A DNA stretch of 64,000 bases from Escherichia phage vB_EcoP_SU7, in sequence record NC_070980.1; one strand, written 5' to 3'. A model generated the notes under the pieces. It searched no databases and was not told the origin of the DNA. It was given only the letters and a program-made list of their open reading frames with translations. Shown in pieces: positions 9,817 to 20,346 of this stretch (the first letter of the stretch is position 1; the number at the start of each line of letters is the position of its first letter). The position numbers were made by a program, and so were the translations under genes.

Positions 9817-12459
9817 ATGATCGTTTATAATAACCAAGCACCTGATGCAGTGAATAACGTTGGGCAGTTTGGTGCTACTGAAGGCTCTATTGGAGCTTAT
9901 AAGCAAGCCGCAGAATATGCAGCTGACTCCAAATATTGGGCACTGTTAGCAGAGTCTAAGTTTGGTACAATTGATGACCTGATCGCTGAAGTAGAACGTT
10001 TGTATCAGCAAGGTGTTCTGATGAAGCAGGATATCGAAGATCTTAAGCAGGACTTTAAAGATCAAGATGCTCGTCTGATGAGTTTGATTGCTCAAACTAA
10101 CGCAGCGGTATCAGATGCGAATAATGCTGTAGCTCTAATTAATCAGAAACTTATTGAAGTCCAGAACCAGCTTGACGTTCTGTTAGGAATGTCCGTTGAT
10201 GTAACCACACTTCCTCCGGGAACTCCGGCTACTGGTTCTTTTAATCCTAACACTGGTGTAATTTCTTTAGGTATCCCAGAAGGCGAACCCGGAAAGGATG
10301 GTTCTGTTAAGGATTTAGACACAGCTCCTACTGGTGTTCCAGAGCTAGGTGACTTGGGTTTCTATGTTGATAAAGATGACAATACCGTCCATAAAACTAC
10401 TCTAGAGAATATTGCTAACTTAATCCCATCTGTTCGTTCTGTTTCTGTTAATGGGGGACCAGCTCTTGATGGAGAGGTTGCTCTAACAATCAACAAAGAG
10501 ACAGTAGGTTTAGGAAATGTTCTGAATGTTGCTCAGTACAGTCGTCAAGAGATTAATGACAAATTTGACAAGACTACCAAGACATACCAATCAAAAGCAG
10601 AAGCTGATGCTGATGCTCAGTATCGTCAAGTAGGTGAGAAAGTTTTAGTTTGGGAAGCTACTAAGTATGAATTCTATACTGTTGCTGCTAACAAAACATT
10701 GACTCCAGTTAAAACTGAAGGTAGAATTCTTACCGTTAACTCCCGTTCTCCAGATTCCAGTGGTAACATTGACATTACCATTCCAACAGGAAACCCTTCT
10801 CTGTATCTTGGTGAGATGGTGATGTTCCCTTACGACCCATCTAAGAATATCTCCTACCCAGGAGTTCTTCCTGCTGATGGTCGTCTGGTATCAAAAGAAT
10901 CTGCTTCAGATTTAGGCCCATCCCTTGTCAGCGGACAGCTCCCTGTTGTTTCAGAAACTGAATGGCAATCGGGGGCTAAACAGTACTTCTCTTGGGGCAA
11001 GTTAGCAGACGGTATTACCGATGCGGATTCTACTAATTTTATCAACATTCGACTCCCTGATTGGACTGGAGGGGAGGCAATAAGAGCACCAGATTCTGAT
11101 AAAGACTCTCAGTACAATGGGTCTGTACAGGCTCAGAAACCTTATGTTGTTACTGTAAATAACCAAGCTCCTGATGAGATTACTGGTAATGTGAACATCT
11201 CCAGATCAATTTTAGGTGCTGCTTCTTCTGGAGCAAACTCTGACATTACATCTTTATCTGGACTCACAACACCGCTATCCATCTCTCAAGGCGGTACTGG
11301 AGCTAAAAATGCTGCTAGTGCTCGTTCTAATTTAGGTCTAGGTTCAACAGCTACCCTCAACACAATACCTGTAGCCAATGGTGGCACAGGAGCAACTACT
11401 GTTGATGTTGCTCGTTCCAATTTATCCATAGACCGAATAGATCAAGCCTCCGGGGAGAGTAAATTATTATCCCCTAACAAAGAAACCTACCTCTTTGTGG
11501 ATAACAATGGGTGGGGCTGTTATAGTACCTCAGCTGGAAGGGTTGGTGATGTGGCTCTTTCTGTTGAAAGAGGTGGTACTGGAGCTAAAGATGCTGCTGG
11601 TGCTCGTTCTAACTTGGGGTTGGGGAGTGTTTCCACTCTAGATAACGTTCCTATCGCTAGTGGTGGGACAGGGGCTGGAGATGCTGCTGGTGCAAGGTTT
11701 AATCTTGGGTTAGGTAACTCAGCCACAATGAATACCGGAACTAACAGTGATAATGTTCTTAAGGTTGGTGATTTTGGAATTGGAAGACCTGATGGTGCTC
11801 TTGTTTTTGATACTACTTCACAAGACCAACTTCTTGCTGGACTTGACACTTATGGGCTGTGTGTGTTTAGGAATAACCAACAAATAGCAGCACCTTGGGA
11901 CATATGGAACTACTCCTCAAACCTTTTCTTTAGGGCGGGTGACACATACAGTATGATAAGTATTCCGTTTGAGTCTGCTGGTAAGATAAAAGTTTTTGGT
12001 GGTGCATCAGGCAGTGGGTGGAAAACCTCAAGGACGGTATATGATACTGTAAATACAACTGTTGACGTCAATGGCTTTATCAAAGCAGCGTCACCAATAG
12101 TTAAGGTATTCCATGACGGAAGTTTTGAAACAAATGAACAATCTGATGGAGTTAGTGTTAAGAAAATCTCCACCGGGGTTTATTTAATTTCAGGGTGTCT
12201 TGGTCTTAATTCTGATGCAGGATGGGGTGGGGTAGATGGAGGTTTTGAAATCCCAATAGACCGAAACAAACAACCTAGAGTCTGGCTGGATTATGAGATT
12301 AAAGAAGATGGTTCTATTTTAGTTAAAACTTATCACAGAATCCATCCAACCTCTCCGGTTTTTGCTAGAAATGAGATAGAAGGTTTCTCTGACGGCGATC
12401 CTATTGATATCCCGAGTGATGCTTTTATCTCAGTTCGTGTTGAAATGCCATCCAAATAA
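9817..12459 (+). CDS. Tail fibre protein with phage-fibre repeats
   Basis: Repeated GGTGA(K/T)xAAxARSNLGLG motifs at least 3 times, characteristic of phage tail-fibre repeat domains; 880 aa. Confidence 0.65.
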   Translation: MIVYNNQAPDAVNNVGQFGATEGSIGAYKQAAEYAADSKYWALLAESKFGTIDDLIAEVERLYQQGVLMKQDIEDLKQDFKDQDARLMSLIAQTNAAVSDANNAVALINQKLIEVQNQLDVLLGMSVDVTTLPPGTPATGSFNPNTGVISLGIPEGEPGKDGSVKDLDTAPTGVPELGDLGFYVDKDDNTVHKTTLENIANLIPSVRSVSVNGGPALDGEVALTINKETVGLGNVLNVAQYSRQEINDKFDKTTKTYQSKAEADADAQYRQVGEKVLVWEATKYEFYTVAANKTLTPVKTEGRILTVNSRSPDSSGNIDITIPTGNPSLYLGEMVMFPYDPSKNISYPGVLPADGRLVSKESASDLGPSLVSGQLPVVSETEWQSGAKQYFSWGKLADGITDADSTNFINIRLPDWTGGEAIRAPDSDKDSQYNGSVQAQKPYVVTVNNQAPDEITGNVNISRSILGAASSGANSDITSLSGLTTPLSISQGGTGAKNAASARSNLGLGSTATLNTIPVANGGTGATTVDVARSNLSIDRIDQASGESKLLSPNKETYLFVDNNGWGCYSTSAGRVGDVALSVERGGTGAKDAAGARSNLGLGSVSTLDNVPIASGGTGAGDAAGARFNLGLGNSATMNTGTNSDNVLKVGDFGIGRPDGALVFDTTSQDQLLAGLDTYGLCVFRNNQQIAAPWDIWNYSSNLFFRAGDTYSMISIPFESAGKIKVFGGASGSGWKTSRTVYDTVNTTVDVNGFIKAASPIVKVFHDGSFETNEQSDGVSVKKISTGVYLISGCLGLNSDAGWGGVDGGFEIPIDRNKQPRVWLDYEIKEDGSILVKTYHRIHPTSPVFARNEIEGFSDGDPIDIPSDAFISVRVEMPSK

Positions 12460-12469
12460 ATTTAAGGAT

Positions 12470-12490
12470 GCCCTCTTCGGAGGGCTTTAT
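12470..12490 (+). terminator. Terminator-like hairpin (UUCG tetraloop)
   Basis: GCCCTC-TTCG-GAGGGC then TTTAT after the tail fibre stop. Confidence 0.5.
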
Positions 12491-12502
12491 GGAGGATTAT
12501 AA

Positions 12503-14650
12503 ATGTCTAGAGAATTAATGCCCAAATCTGGGATAATGATGCCTCACGTGGTAGTTACTAGAGATGCCGCAGTTGTGGGTGTGTCTACAGTTGATGGCGT
12601 GGCAGGTGCTGTTAATTTAACAGATAAATATCTACAAAAGTCTGATGCTGAAGCAACATATCAAACGAAAGCAGAAGGGGCTACTAAGCAATATGTAACC
12701 GATGCTATTAACCCTATTATGACAAATGCTCTGTTTAAAGATGACCCTTTTGTCAATAATGATACACCTATCCGCTCTGGTGGTGGTAACGGTGTTGAAT
12801 CGGTAGACATGATTAAAGTCACTCCTGAGAATAATATCAAACTGGGGAGCTATGCTTCTTCTGTTCAGGGGGTTGAGATTCATTCTGCTGGTCGTCTTCA
12901 GGTTGTTGATCAGAACGATTCTGGAGTCGAAACTAAATACCCGATATACTCCAAAAGGTATCGCCCGGAAGTTGAGGATTTACCTTTCGCTTCAATCGGT
13001 TCCTACGTCAAAGATTCCAAAGGACGCACTATTGGTGTAACTCGTACTGGTATCAACTCTGATATCAAACAACTTACCCAGAAGGTAACTTTCACTCAAC
13101 CCGTTACTGTTCCTGATGCAGTTGGTGATTATGATGCGGTTACTTTGAGACAGCTTCGAAACAGCGGTGGTGGTTCTGGTGGTCCTACAATGAGTGGAAT
13201 TTCTAACTTTGGGATTGGGGATTTTCATTTACGTGACAGCCGTGCTTTCATCCCAGCTTTTGAGGTAGTGTCTGATGGTCAGCTTTTGAATCGTGCTGAT
13301 TATCCAGATTTGTGGGCTTATGCTCAACTGCTATCTCCAATCGAGGATTCTCTTTGGTTATCTAACATCTACCAGAGGGGTAAATACTCTACGGGTAACG
13401 GTACAACGACTTTCCGTGTTCCTGACCGAAATGGTATTCAAGAAGGGTCTCTGAAAGCTCTGTATGGTCGTGGTGATGGTGGAGATTCGGCTGCTAATGG
13501 TCAAATATTTGATTCTGCTGCTCCTAACATTTATGGAGATATTGGTGGTGTTGTTGCTTATGGCCAGACTGGAGCTATTCTACGAGGTCAAGAGGAACAA
13601 CCTCTCGCCCCTCAACCTTCAACTGGAAATGGTGTCTTGAGAGTTAGTTTAGACGCCTCAAAAGCAAGTCCTGTATATGGTCGTTCCACCGATGAAATCC
13701 TAACCCGTAACTTTGTCGGTGTGTGGACTATTCGTGCGCATGGTGGTTTTACTGCTGCTAATACTTCTTGGTCAGTTATTAACAGTGATGCAAACCGTCC
13801 TGCTGGTGGAACTAGGGTAACTAGCGGTTCAGTTGTTTCTGAATATAAAATAGGTTCAGAAGTAGAAGCCTCTACTACGCTCCAAACTGATGCTTATATC
13901 GACGGAGCTTATTATGGGATTATCAATGTTTATAATAAAACCAAAGGAGTTACCAAGCAATTAGCTTTTGACGATTCTGGAACCCTGAACTCTGATAGAT
14001 ATGTTGCTCGGTCTAGAACATTGATGTCTTGGAGTGAAACAGGAAGTCGCAGAGGGACGTTTTCTATAGACAACCAAGGGGTTGGTGCTAACTACTCTTT
14101 TAACTCTATACTGAGTGCTTCCCAAGCATCCCAAGGTGGATACAAAACTACTACCCATGTAGGGATGATTCACAATGATGCTGGATCTTTTGCTGATTCC
14201 TGTTGGCATGTTTCGGGAGATGAAGACAACAAATATGGTTGTCGTTTAACTCTCCGACCAAACAGGAACGAGATTTACTACTACACTTGGCAGCCAAGTT
14301 CAACCGGAACTTATACTCTTGCTATGAATCCTGTATCTGATGAAAAGTTGAAACATAACATCCAAGATATCTCTCCTGATGAAGCAATTCGTGCGATAAA
14401 AGGTTTGGATTTCAAATCGTTTGTGTACAACAATGATAATCAAGGAAGAACTCGTCGTGGTATCATTGCACAGCAGGCAGAGAAAGTTGAACCTCTTTAT
14501 GTTAAAACTCGTAAATTCCATGACAACGATGGGGTAGAGCAGGAACAGAAAGAGTTGGATGCAACTCCAATGCTTTTAGATACCATGCAGGTTGTTCAAG
14601 ATCTGCTGAAGCGTATTGAAGTTCTAGAAGCGAAGTTAGCAGAGAAGTGA
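12503..14650 (+). CDS. Tail fibre/spike with C-terminal intramolecular chaperone (peptidase S74-like) domain
   Basis: C-terminal segment ...NPVSDEKLKHNIQDISPDEAIRAIKGLDF...RRGIIAQQAEKVEP... matches the self-cleaving chaperone domain of endosialidase-type fibres. Confidence 0.65.
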   Translation: MSRELMPKSGIMMPHVVVTRDAAVVGVSTVDGVAGAVNLTDKYLQKSDAEATYQTKAEGATKQYVTDAINPIMTNALFKDDPFVNNDTPIRSGGGNGVESVDMIKVTPENNIKLGSYASSVQGVEIHSAGRLQVVDQNDSGVETKYPIYSKRYRPEVEDLPFASIGSYVKDSKGRTIGVTRTGINSDIKQLTQKVTFTQPVTVPDAVGDYDAVTLRQLRNSGGGSGGPTMSGISNFGIGDFHLRDSRAFIPAFEVVSDGQLLNRADYPDLWAYAQLLSPIEDSLWLSNIYQRGKYSTGNGTTTFRVPDRNGIQEGSLKALYGRGDGGDSAANGQIFDSAAPNIYGDIGGVVAYGQTGAILRGQEEQPLAPQPSTGNGVLRVSLDASKASPVYGRSTDEILTRNFVGVWTIRAHGGFTAANTSWSVINSDANRPAGGTRVTSGSVVSEYKIGSEVEASTTLQTDAYIDGAYYGIINVYNKTKGVTKQLAFDDSGTLNSDRYVARSRTLMSWSETGSRRGTFSIDNQGVGANYSFNSILSASQASQGGYKTTTHVGMIHNDAGSFADSCWHVSGDEDNKYGCRLTLRPNRNEIYYYTWQPSSTGTYTLAMNPVSDEKLKHNIQDISPDEAIRAIKGLDFKSFVYNNDNQGRTRRGIIAQQAEKVEPLYVKTRKFHDNDGVEQEQKELDATPMLLDTMQVVQDLLKRIEVLEAKLAEK

Positions 14651-14654
14651 GATA

Positions 14655-14676
14655 AGCCCCTTCGGGGGCTTTTAGG
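14655..14676 (+). terminator. Terminator-like hairpin (UUCG tetraloop)
   Basis: AGCCCC-TTCG-GGGGCT followed by TTTTA. Confidence 0.5.
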
Positions 14677-14739
14677 AGTGAAACTTGTGAATAAGTAATG
14701 AAACTACTATATCCAAAAGGAAAATGAAAGGAGAAGAAA

Positions 14740-14958
14740 ATGAAAATGATGAAACAGGTAACTTATGGTCTAGCTTGCTTAGGGACAGGTTTTGTGATTT
14801 CCACAGCAGTACCTGTAAATGCAGTAGGCTCTCATTCTATTATAGAAGCTCCTGTAGAGAAGCTTAGTTCTCAATGTAAACAAAGGACCATTCAAAATAA
14901 TTTGGTTGTTATTTGCCCAGACGCTCAATCTTCAGCTCTGAGAAAAATTCTTCCTTAA
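14740..14958 (+). CDS. Small membrane/secreted protein (possible holin-like)
   Basis: 72 aa, one hydrophobic N-terminal segment, strong SD, immediately upstream of the endolysin. Confidence 0.3.
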   Translation: MKMMKQVTYGLACLGTGFVISTAVPVNAVGSHSIIEAPVEKLSSQCKQRTIQNNLVVICPDAQSSALRKILP

Positions 14959-14991
14959 TTGACCTAAAATAACAACAAAAGGAGGTCAAAG

Positions 14992-15483
14992 ATGGACGCT
15001 ATCGCATTGCCGCCTGTACAGATGAGCCTAAGTCCGGCTGGTATGGAGTTTATCATGAAGCATGAAGGCATGAGAACTAAAGCCTATAAAGACTCCGCTG
15101 GAATCTGGACTATATGTGTAGGGGCTACGCGCGATATGAATGGGTATCCAGTAAGACAAGGATTAACGTATTCTATAGAGGATTGTCTAGCTCTGCTAGA
15201 TAGAGACACACAAGACTCTGTTCGTGCTACTCAGAAAAACATAAGAGTTCCTATGCTAGCTCATGAATTTGATGCTGTCACTTCTTTCAACTTTAATGTT
15301 GGTGGTGGTGCTTTGTCAGCTTCAAAACTTAGGAAAGTGATCAACGGAGATGTGAAGGGTGATGTTTACTCAGAGTTCTTACGTTGGGATAAGATAACTG
15401 TTAAAGGTGTAAAGCAGCGGAGTCCGGGACTTCACAATCGCAGGGTTGCAGAAGCAAATCTATACACTACAGGAAAATATTAA
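14992..15483 (+). CDS. Endolysin, GH24 (T4-lysozyme-like) lysozyme
   Basis: N-terminal HEGxxxxAYxDxxGxxTICVGAT catalytic signature; AAAGGAGG SD. Confidence 0.8.
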   Translation: MDAIALPPVQMSLSPAGMEFIMKHEGMRTKAYKDSAGIWTICVGATRDMNGYPVRQGLTYSIEDCLALLDRDTQDSVRATQKNIRVPMLAHEFDAVTSFNFNVGGGALSASKLRKVINGDVKGDVYSEFLRWDKITVKGVKQRSPGLHNRRVAEANLYTTGKY

Positions 15484-15495
15484 TGGAGGTGCCTT

Positions 15496-16299
15496 TTGGC
15501 TATCGAAACAACTGCGGTAGTTACTACCGATTTAAACCCCCTATACCCACGGGACAGGGATTATCTTTATGAAGGGGCTGCCCAGATACGACTGGTCAAA
15601 CAAGTATTAATTAACACCTTTCCTAACATCACAGAGCCAGTTCAACTTGACTCAGATTCTTTCAACATCTTAGCAAACAAGGTTTCCTTTACTGGAGATT
15701 CTATGGATGTTGGAGGTTTGATGATCAAAAACTTAACTCCGGGAACTGGTGATAAAGATGCTGTAACCAAAGGTCAGATGGAAGCTTTCATGTTAAACTG
15801 GATGCAGAATAAACTCTATCGTATTGGGGCTTACTATATCACTGAAGAAGATATCAACCCCGGAGATTCTAGCTCTCTTGGTTTTGGTTCTTGGGCTAAA
15901 GTAACTGGTGTTGTTATGGGTACTGGTGTTGTTAACCCTGATGGCTCTGTTCCTAATGCTCAGCGTGTAGAGTTCCAAGCAGGTGGTACTGGTGGTCGTG
16001 TATTTAACACAATTCGTGCTGACAACATGCCTCTGACTACAATCAATGGTTCTAGTTTTCAAGTTAGTTCTTATTCTCACTCACATAATATCACAATGGG
16101 TCGTGGAGATGCTAGTGGTCACAACAGCAGTCCTAATTGGTATAGTCCGGGTGGTGGTTATACTCAGGTAACTGACACTAACACCCACTCTCACTCAATT
16201 ACAGGTTCTGTTAGTTTTGGACGTGATGATGTATCAAGACAACCTATTAACACTTTGCCGCCTTTCAGAGCAGCGCATATCTGGAGACGTATTAGCTAA
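15496..16299 (+). CDS. Tail fibre-like structural protein (TTG start)
   Basis: ORF starts at TTG 15496 with GGAGG 5 nt upstream; Gly/Ser-rich beta-type sequence. Confidence 0.4.
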   Translation: MAIETTAVVTTDLNPLYPRDRDYLYEGAAQIRLVKQVLINTFPNITEPVQLDSDSFNILANKVSFTGDSMDVGGLMIKNLTPGTGDKDAVTKGQMEAFMLNWMQNKLYRIGAYYITEEDINPGDSSSLGFGSWAKVTGVVMGTGVVNPDGSVPNAQRVEFQAGGTGGRVFNTIRADNMPLTTINGSSFQVSSYSHSHNITMGRGDASGHNSSPNWYSPGGGYTQVTDTNTHSHSITGSVSFGRDDVSRQPINTLPPFRAAHIWRRIS

Positions 16300-16308
16300 G
16301 GAGGAATT

Positions 16309-19300
16309 ATGGCGCTTTATCCAATAAAATCTTTAGGGGCTGTAGGGGTTATTGCTGACCAAGCTCCGACTGATTTAGCACCTAATGCTTTCACTAATGC
16401 TATCAATGCCCGCTTTGTAGAGCAAAGAGTTTTTAAGACGGGGGGCAATGCCCCTCTTTCTTATGTAGAAGAAGATAAAGAGATTACACCACTTTCTTTT
16501 ATATCAATGCCTTTTGACTACTACAGTGCAGGTAATAGCTTTCTGATTGTTGGTACAGACAAAAAGCTATACAAGCTAACAGATGAAAGTTTGACAGATA
16601 TTAGCCGAAAGGTTGCTACTGTCACAAAAAGAGCTTCCGCTTCTATTAAGATATATCCAGTTGTTTCTCAGATTGTTCCTAAAGAAACTTCTATTTCAAT
16701 GAATTTCAATCAAACTAAAACCTTGGAAGTTTCTATTCTTCCTGAAGATGCTAACAACACAGCTTTAGTTTGGGAGGTTAGTAATTCTTCTTATGGTAAA
16801 GTAGAAGCTGACACCGAGAACCCTAAAACTGCAACCTTGACGTCTTATGAAAAAGAAGGGAATTTAGTAGTTACTGTATCAACAGCTGATAAATCTATTA
16901 GTGCTCAGATTGCAGTAAACATCATAGACGGTGATTCTGGTATCTTCTTAAGTCAGGATACAATAACTGTCCGCAAAGGTGGTAACACAACGCTAACTGC
17001 TGTTACTGGAAAAACTCCTGTAACTTGGGTCTCTAGTAATGCTTCTGTTGTGTCTGTAACACCTAATGCTAATACACTGACAGCTACTTTGTCTGCTAAT
17101 GGTGAGGGTACTGTAACAATAACTGCTGATAACGGAACTAAGAGTGCTTCTTGTCAAATTACTGTTATATCTCAGATAGACAGTATCACTCTGAGTCAGA
17201 CAAGCGTTCAAATGAGCAGGGGTACTCAGTATGTTTTAACTGCTACGGTTAATCCTTCAGATGCTCCCAATAAAAACATAACTTGGACTTCCTCTAATCC
17301 TGCCATTGCCACAGTTTCTGGAAATAGTACAGAAGCGGTAATAACAGGGTTACTAGCTGGGTTTACTGAAATCACAGCTGTTACTCAAGAGGGTGATAGA
17401 TCAGCAACCTGTACAGTGAGAGTTGATTTAGCTGGGAGAATGATGCGAACTTCTGCAATGTCTTTATCAGAACCTGTTGTAGATTCTATACAAGAAGAAG
17501 AAACCAATAATACTCCTATCGAATCAGAAGAGGTTTTATATTTTGTTAATGAGCCATCTGGAGTTGATACCTCAGGGATGTATGAAGGTAACAACTTCTA
17601 TGATTACTCAAACGTCAATGATATGGAAGGTTTTGCACGAGCTGCACTTATGTCCAGCGATACTCCGTTGCAATCTTTATCACTAGATATCATCGATGCC
17701 TCTCTTGATGTTGGGGAAGATATTGTAATTACAGCCAATGCTTTGCCTGAGGGAGAGTATTTCTATCAGTGGACAGTGGACAAAGCAGGATATGTTTCAA
17801 CCACATCTACTACCGGGAAATCTCTAAAACTGACAGCTATTCGTAAAGGTGAGATCAAAGTTACTTGTACTGCTAGTCAAATGACTCAGAAAGATTATGA
17901 TGCTTTTGACGACTATCCTTGGTATCACACCATAATCTCTAACTGTGCAGTGGCTACCACTCACTATGAAACACCACAGGTCAAAGAATTTGAATCTGAG
18001 TATTTCGTAGATCTTCCGGGATGGGGTGAGCAAACAGTCGTTGATAATGATGGCAACCCTTCTGTTAAGAAATTTAACTGGAAGTGTGAGCGTATTCGTG
18101 CATTCAACAACAGACTTTTTGCTCTGAATATGAGGGAATCTAATGCATCTGGTGTAACTACTCACTACCCTCTAAGACTTCGGTGGTCGAATTTCGCTAA
18201 CGAAAACAAAGCTCCATCTCTTTGGGATGATTATGCTTATGATCGTTTAACAACTTCAGACCTATCAGCAAACATTGTTGGTCAAACTGAGGCTTTGGAA
18301 AATGGGTACGCTGGGTATATAGATTTAGCAGATTCTAACGGAAGCTTGATTGATGTACTTCCTCTGAAAGATTACCTTTTTGTTTACACGGAGTTCGAAA
18401 CCTACATTGGTTCTCCAACCAATAACACATATCAGCCTCTTATGTTTAAGAAGCTGTTTAATGACTCTGGCATACTTGCTCCTGAGTGTGCAGTTGAAGT
18501 CGAAGGTGGACACTTCGTAGTAACTCAAAATGATGTGATCTTACACAATGGTGCATCTAAAAAATCTATAGCATCTAACCGAGTCAAGAATCTTCTCATT
18601 AATGAGATCTGTCTAGTAAACCCTCTAGCTACTAGAGTTCACCTACACCAAGACAAGAAAGAGGTTTGGGTTTTATATGTAGGTCCGGGAGAGCCTAAAG
18701 AGAGTTTTGCTTGTAATAAAGCCGCTGTTTGGAATTATGAGTTTGACACTTGGTCTTTCCGTACAATACCATATGCTCAGTGTATTGGGTTAGTCGATCC
18801 ACCAGTTCTTGAGAGAGGTCCAATCTGGGCAGATTTTCAAGAGATCACTTGGGATGATCCCTCTATTAACCAATTAGTCTGGAGAAAGGATGCTAATAAT
18901 TTCCGTCAAAGGATTACAATAGTTGGCTCTTTCCTGAAGGGATTCTATCAAGTGGATGTTGGTGCTCTGGACTACATCTATGACAGAACCAATGATAGGA
19001 TTATAGAAAAACCTTTAGAAATGAGGCTAGAAAGAACTGGTATTGATTTTGATAGTGTCACTAACGAGTGGAATCAAAAACATATTAATAGATTTAGACC
19101 TCAAGTCACTGGTACGGGTACTTATACTTTTGAAGTCGGTGGAAGTCAATTCTCAAACGAGTATGGACACAATCACTCAACTAAAGAGTTTAGGGTAGGC
19201 TCAGATCGTCATGTATCCGTGAGACTGAACCATCCATACCTATTCTATAATGTTATAGATAATGATGTTAACAGTAATGCTTCTATGAATGGTTTAACCA

Positions 19301-19329
19301 TAGAGTTTAGTGTTGGCGGTCGAAGATAA
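16309..19329 (+). CDS. Large structural protein with three tandem Ig-like (Big_2-type) domains
   Basis: Three about 80-aa repeats each ending ...ITV/ITA (aa about 110-200, 215-290, 290-370); 1006 aa. Confidence 0.55.
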   Translation: MALYPIKSLGAVGVIADQAPTDLAPNAFTNAINARFVEQRVFKTGGNAPLSYVEEDKEITPLSFISMPFDYYSAGNSFLIVGTDKKLYKLTDESLTDISRKVATVTKRASASIKIYPVVSQIVPKETSISMNFNQTKTLEVSILPEDANNTALVWEVSNSSYGKVEADTENPKTATLTSYEKEGNLVVTVSTADKSISAQIAVNIIDGDSGIFLSQDTITVRKGGNTTLTAVTGKTPVTWVSSNASVVSVTPNANTLTATLSANGEGTVTITADNGTKSASCQITVISQIDSITLSQTSVQMSRGTQYVLTATVNPSDAPNKNITWTSSNPAIATVSGNSTEAVITGLLAGFTEITAVTQEGDRSATCTVRVDLAGRMMRTSAMSLSEPVVDSIQEEETNNTPIESEEVLYFVNEPSGVDTSGMYEGNNFYDYSNVNDMEGFARAALMSSDTPLQSLSLDIIDASLDVGEDIVITANALPEGEYFYQWTVDKAGYVSTTSTTGKSLKLTAIRKGEIKVTCTASQMTQKDYDAFDDYPWYHTIISNCAVATTHYETPQVKEFESEYFVDLPGWGEQTVVDNDGNPSVKKFNWKCERIRAFNNRLFALNMRESNASGVTTHYPLRLRWSNFANENKAPSLWDDYAYDRLTTSDLSANIVGQTEALENGYAGYIDLADSNGSLIDVLPLKDYLFVYTEFETYIGSPTNNTYQPLMFKKLFNDSGILAPECAVEVEGGHFVVTQNDVILHNGASKKSIASNRVKNLLINEICLVNPLATRVHLHQDKKEVWVLYVGPGEPKESFACNKAAVWNYEFDTWSFRTIPYAQCIGLVDPPVLERGPIWADFQEITWDDPSINQLVWRKDANNFRQRITIVGSFLKGFYQVDVGALDYIYDRTNDRIIEKPLEMRLERTGIDFDSVTNEWNQKHINRFRPQVTGTGTYTFEVGGSQFSNEYGHNHSTKEFRVGSDRHVSVRLNHPYLFYNVIDNDVNSNASMNGLTIEFSVGGRR

Positions 19330-19335
19330 CAAATA

Positions 19336-19360
19336 GGGGCTTCGGCCCCTTTTATTGTTT
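19336..19360 (+). terminator. Rho-independent terminator (UUCG tetraloop)
   Basis: GGGGC-TTCG-GCCCC followed by TTTTATTGTTTTT. Confidence 0.65.
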
Positions 19361-19376
19361 TTAATTGGAGGTACTT

Positions 19377-20345
19377 ATGGGTGCTGGAGGTTTTCGAAAG
19401 AATACTGGTAGAAACAACACCACACTTCCGTACAATGTTGGTTTTCTAAACAATGTGCAGGATACAGAAACTTACAACGTTGCCGTCTATGATGAACTAC
19501 AAAAAGTTAGTACAGCAACTAATCAGATGTTTCAAGCCATTGATGAAATACATGAAGAAATTGATGTTAGGATTAAAGCTCTTAATGCAATGAATCTTCA
19601 ATTTGATGAACTTGAAAACAGAATTACTACAGAGATCGAAACAGCTATTGCTGATATTCAAACACAGATGGGCAATCTGTCCACTGAAGATATTTGGGAT
19701 AATTCAGTACAACCGCCAGTTAAGCTAGAAAGTTCTATGGCAGGGTTTAAAACTTCTATAGAAGGTAATGAGGTTAAGATACAGTCTGTTGAGGGAATCG
19801 TAAACCAGCAGGGAGAGGAAATTGGCTTAGTTCAAACAGAGATCTCCAACATTAACAGCAGTCTATCTTCTTATATGAAGCTATCTGACTACGAAGCTAC
19901 GTGGGGAATTAACTCAAACGTCAACGGCAGGTATGCTGGTGTCAAACTAACTAACAACGGCACGAATAGTCAGTTCCAAGTTACAGCTGATAAGTTTGTT
20001 GTAGGTGATGGTAACTCGGGTAATACACCTTTTGTGTTTGAAGGAGGTCGAGCTAAGATAGAGTTTGCTGATATTAAGAACGTCAATATCACAACTGCTC
20101 AAATTGCTAATGCTCGTATTCAGTTTGCTCAAATAGATAACGTGTGGATTACTGATGGTCAGATTGCCAATCTTACAGCTAACAAGATCACTGCTGGCTC
20201 TATGAGTGGTTCAAACTGGAGACTTACTGTTGGTGGGGATTTTGTGATGGGTGGCACAGGTGGAGCACAGCTCTGGATGAATGGTAATAGAATTGATTTC
20301 TATGATGGGAGCGGTGCACTGAGAATCAGAATAGGGAGTTGGTAA
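19377..20345 (+). CDS. Virion/tail protein (hypothetical)
   Basis: ATG 19377 with GGAGG SD (track ORF starts at upstream TTG); coiled-coil N-terminus. Confidence 0.4.
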   Translation: MGAGGFRKNTGRNNTTLPYNVGFLNNVQDTETYNVAVYDELQKVSTATNQMFQAIDEIHEEIDVRIKALNAMNLQFDELENRITTEIETAIADIQTQMGNLSTEDIWDNSVQPPVKLESSMAGFKTSIEGNEVKIQSVEGIVNQQGEEIGLVQTEISNINSSLSSYMKLSDYEATWGINSNVNGRYAGVKLTNNGTNSQFQVTADKFVVGDGNSGNTPFVFEGGRAKIEFADIKNVNITTAQIANARIQFAQIDNVWITDGQIANLTANKITAGSMSGSNWRLTVGGDFVMGGTGGAQLWMNGNRIDFYDGSGALRIRIGSW

Positions 20346-20346
20346 T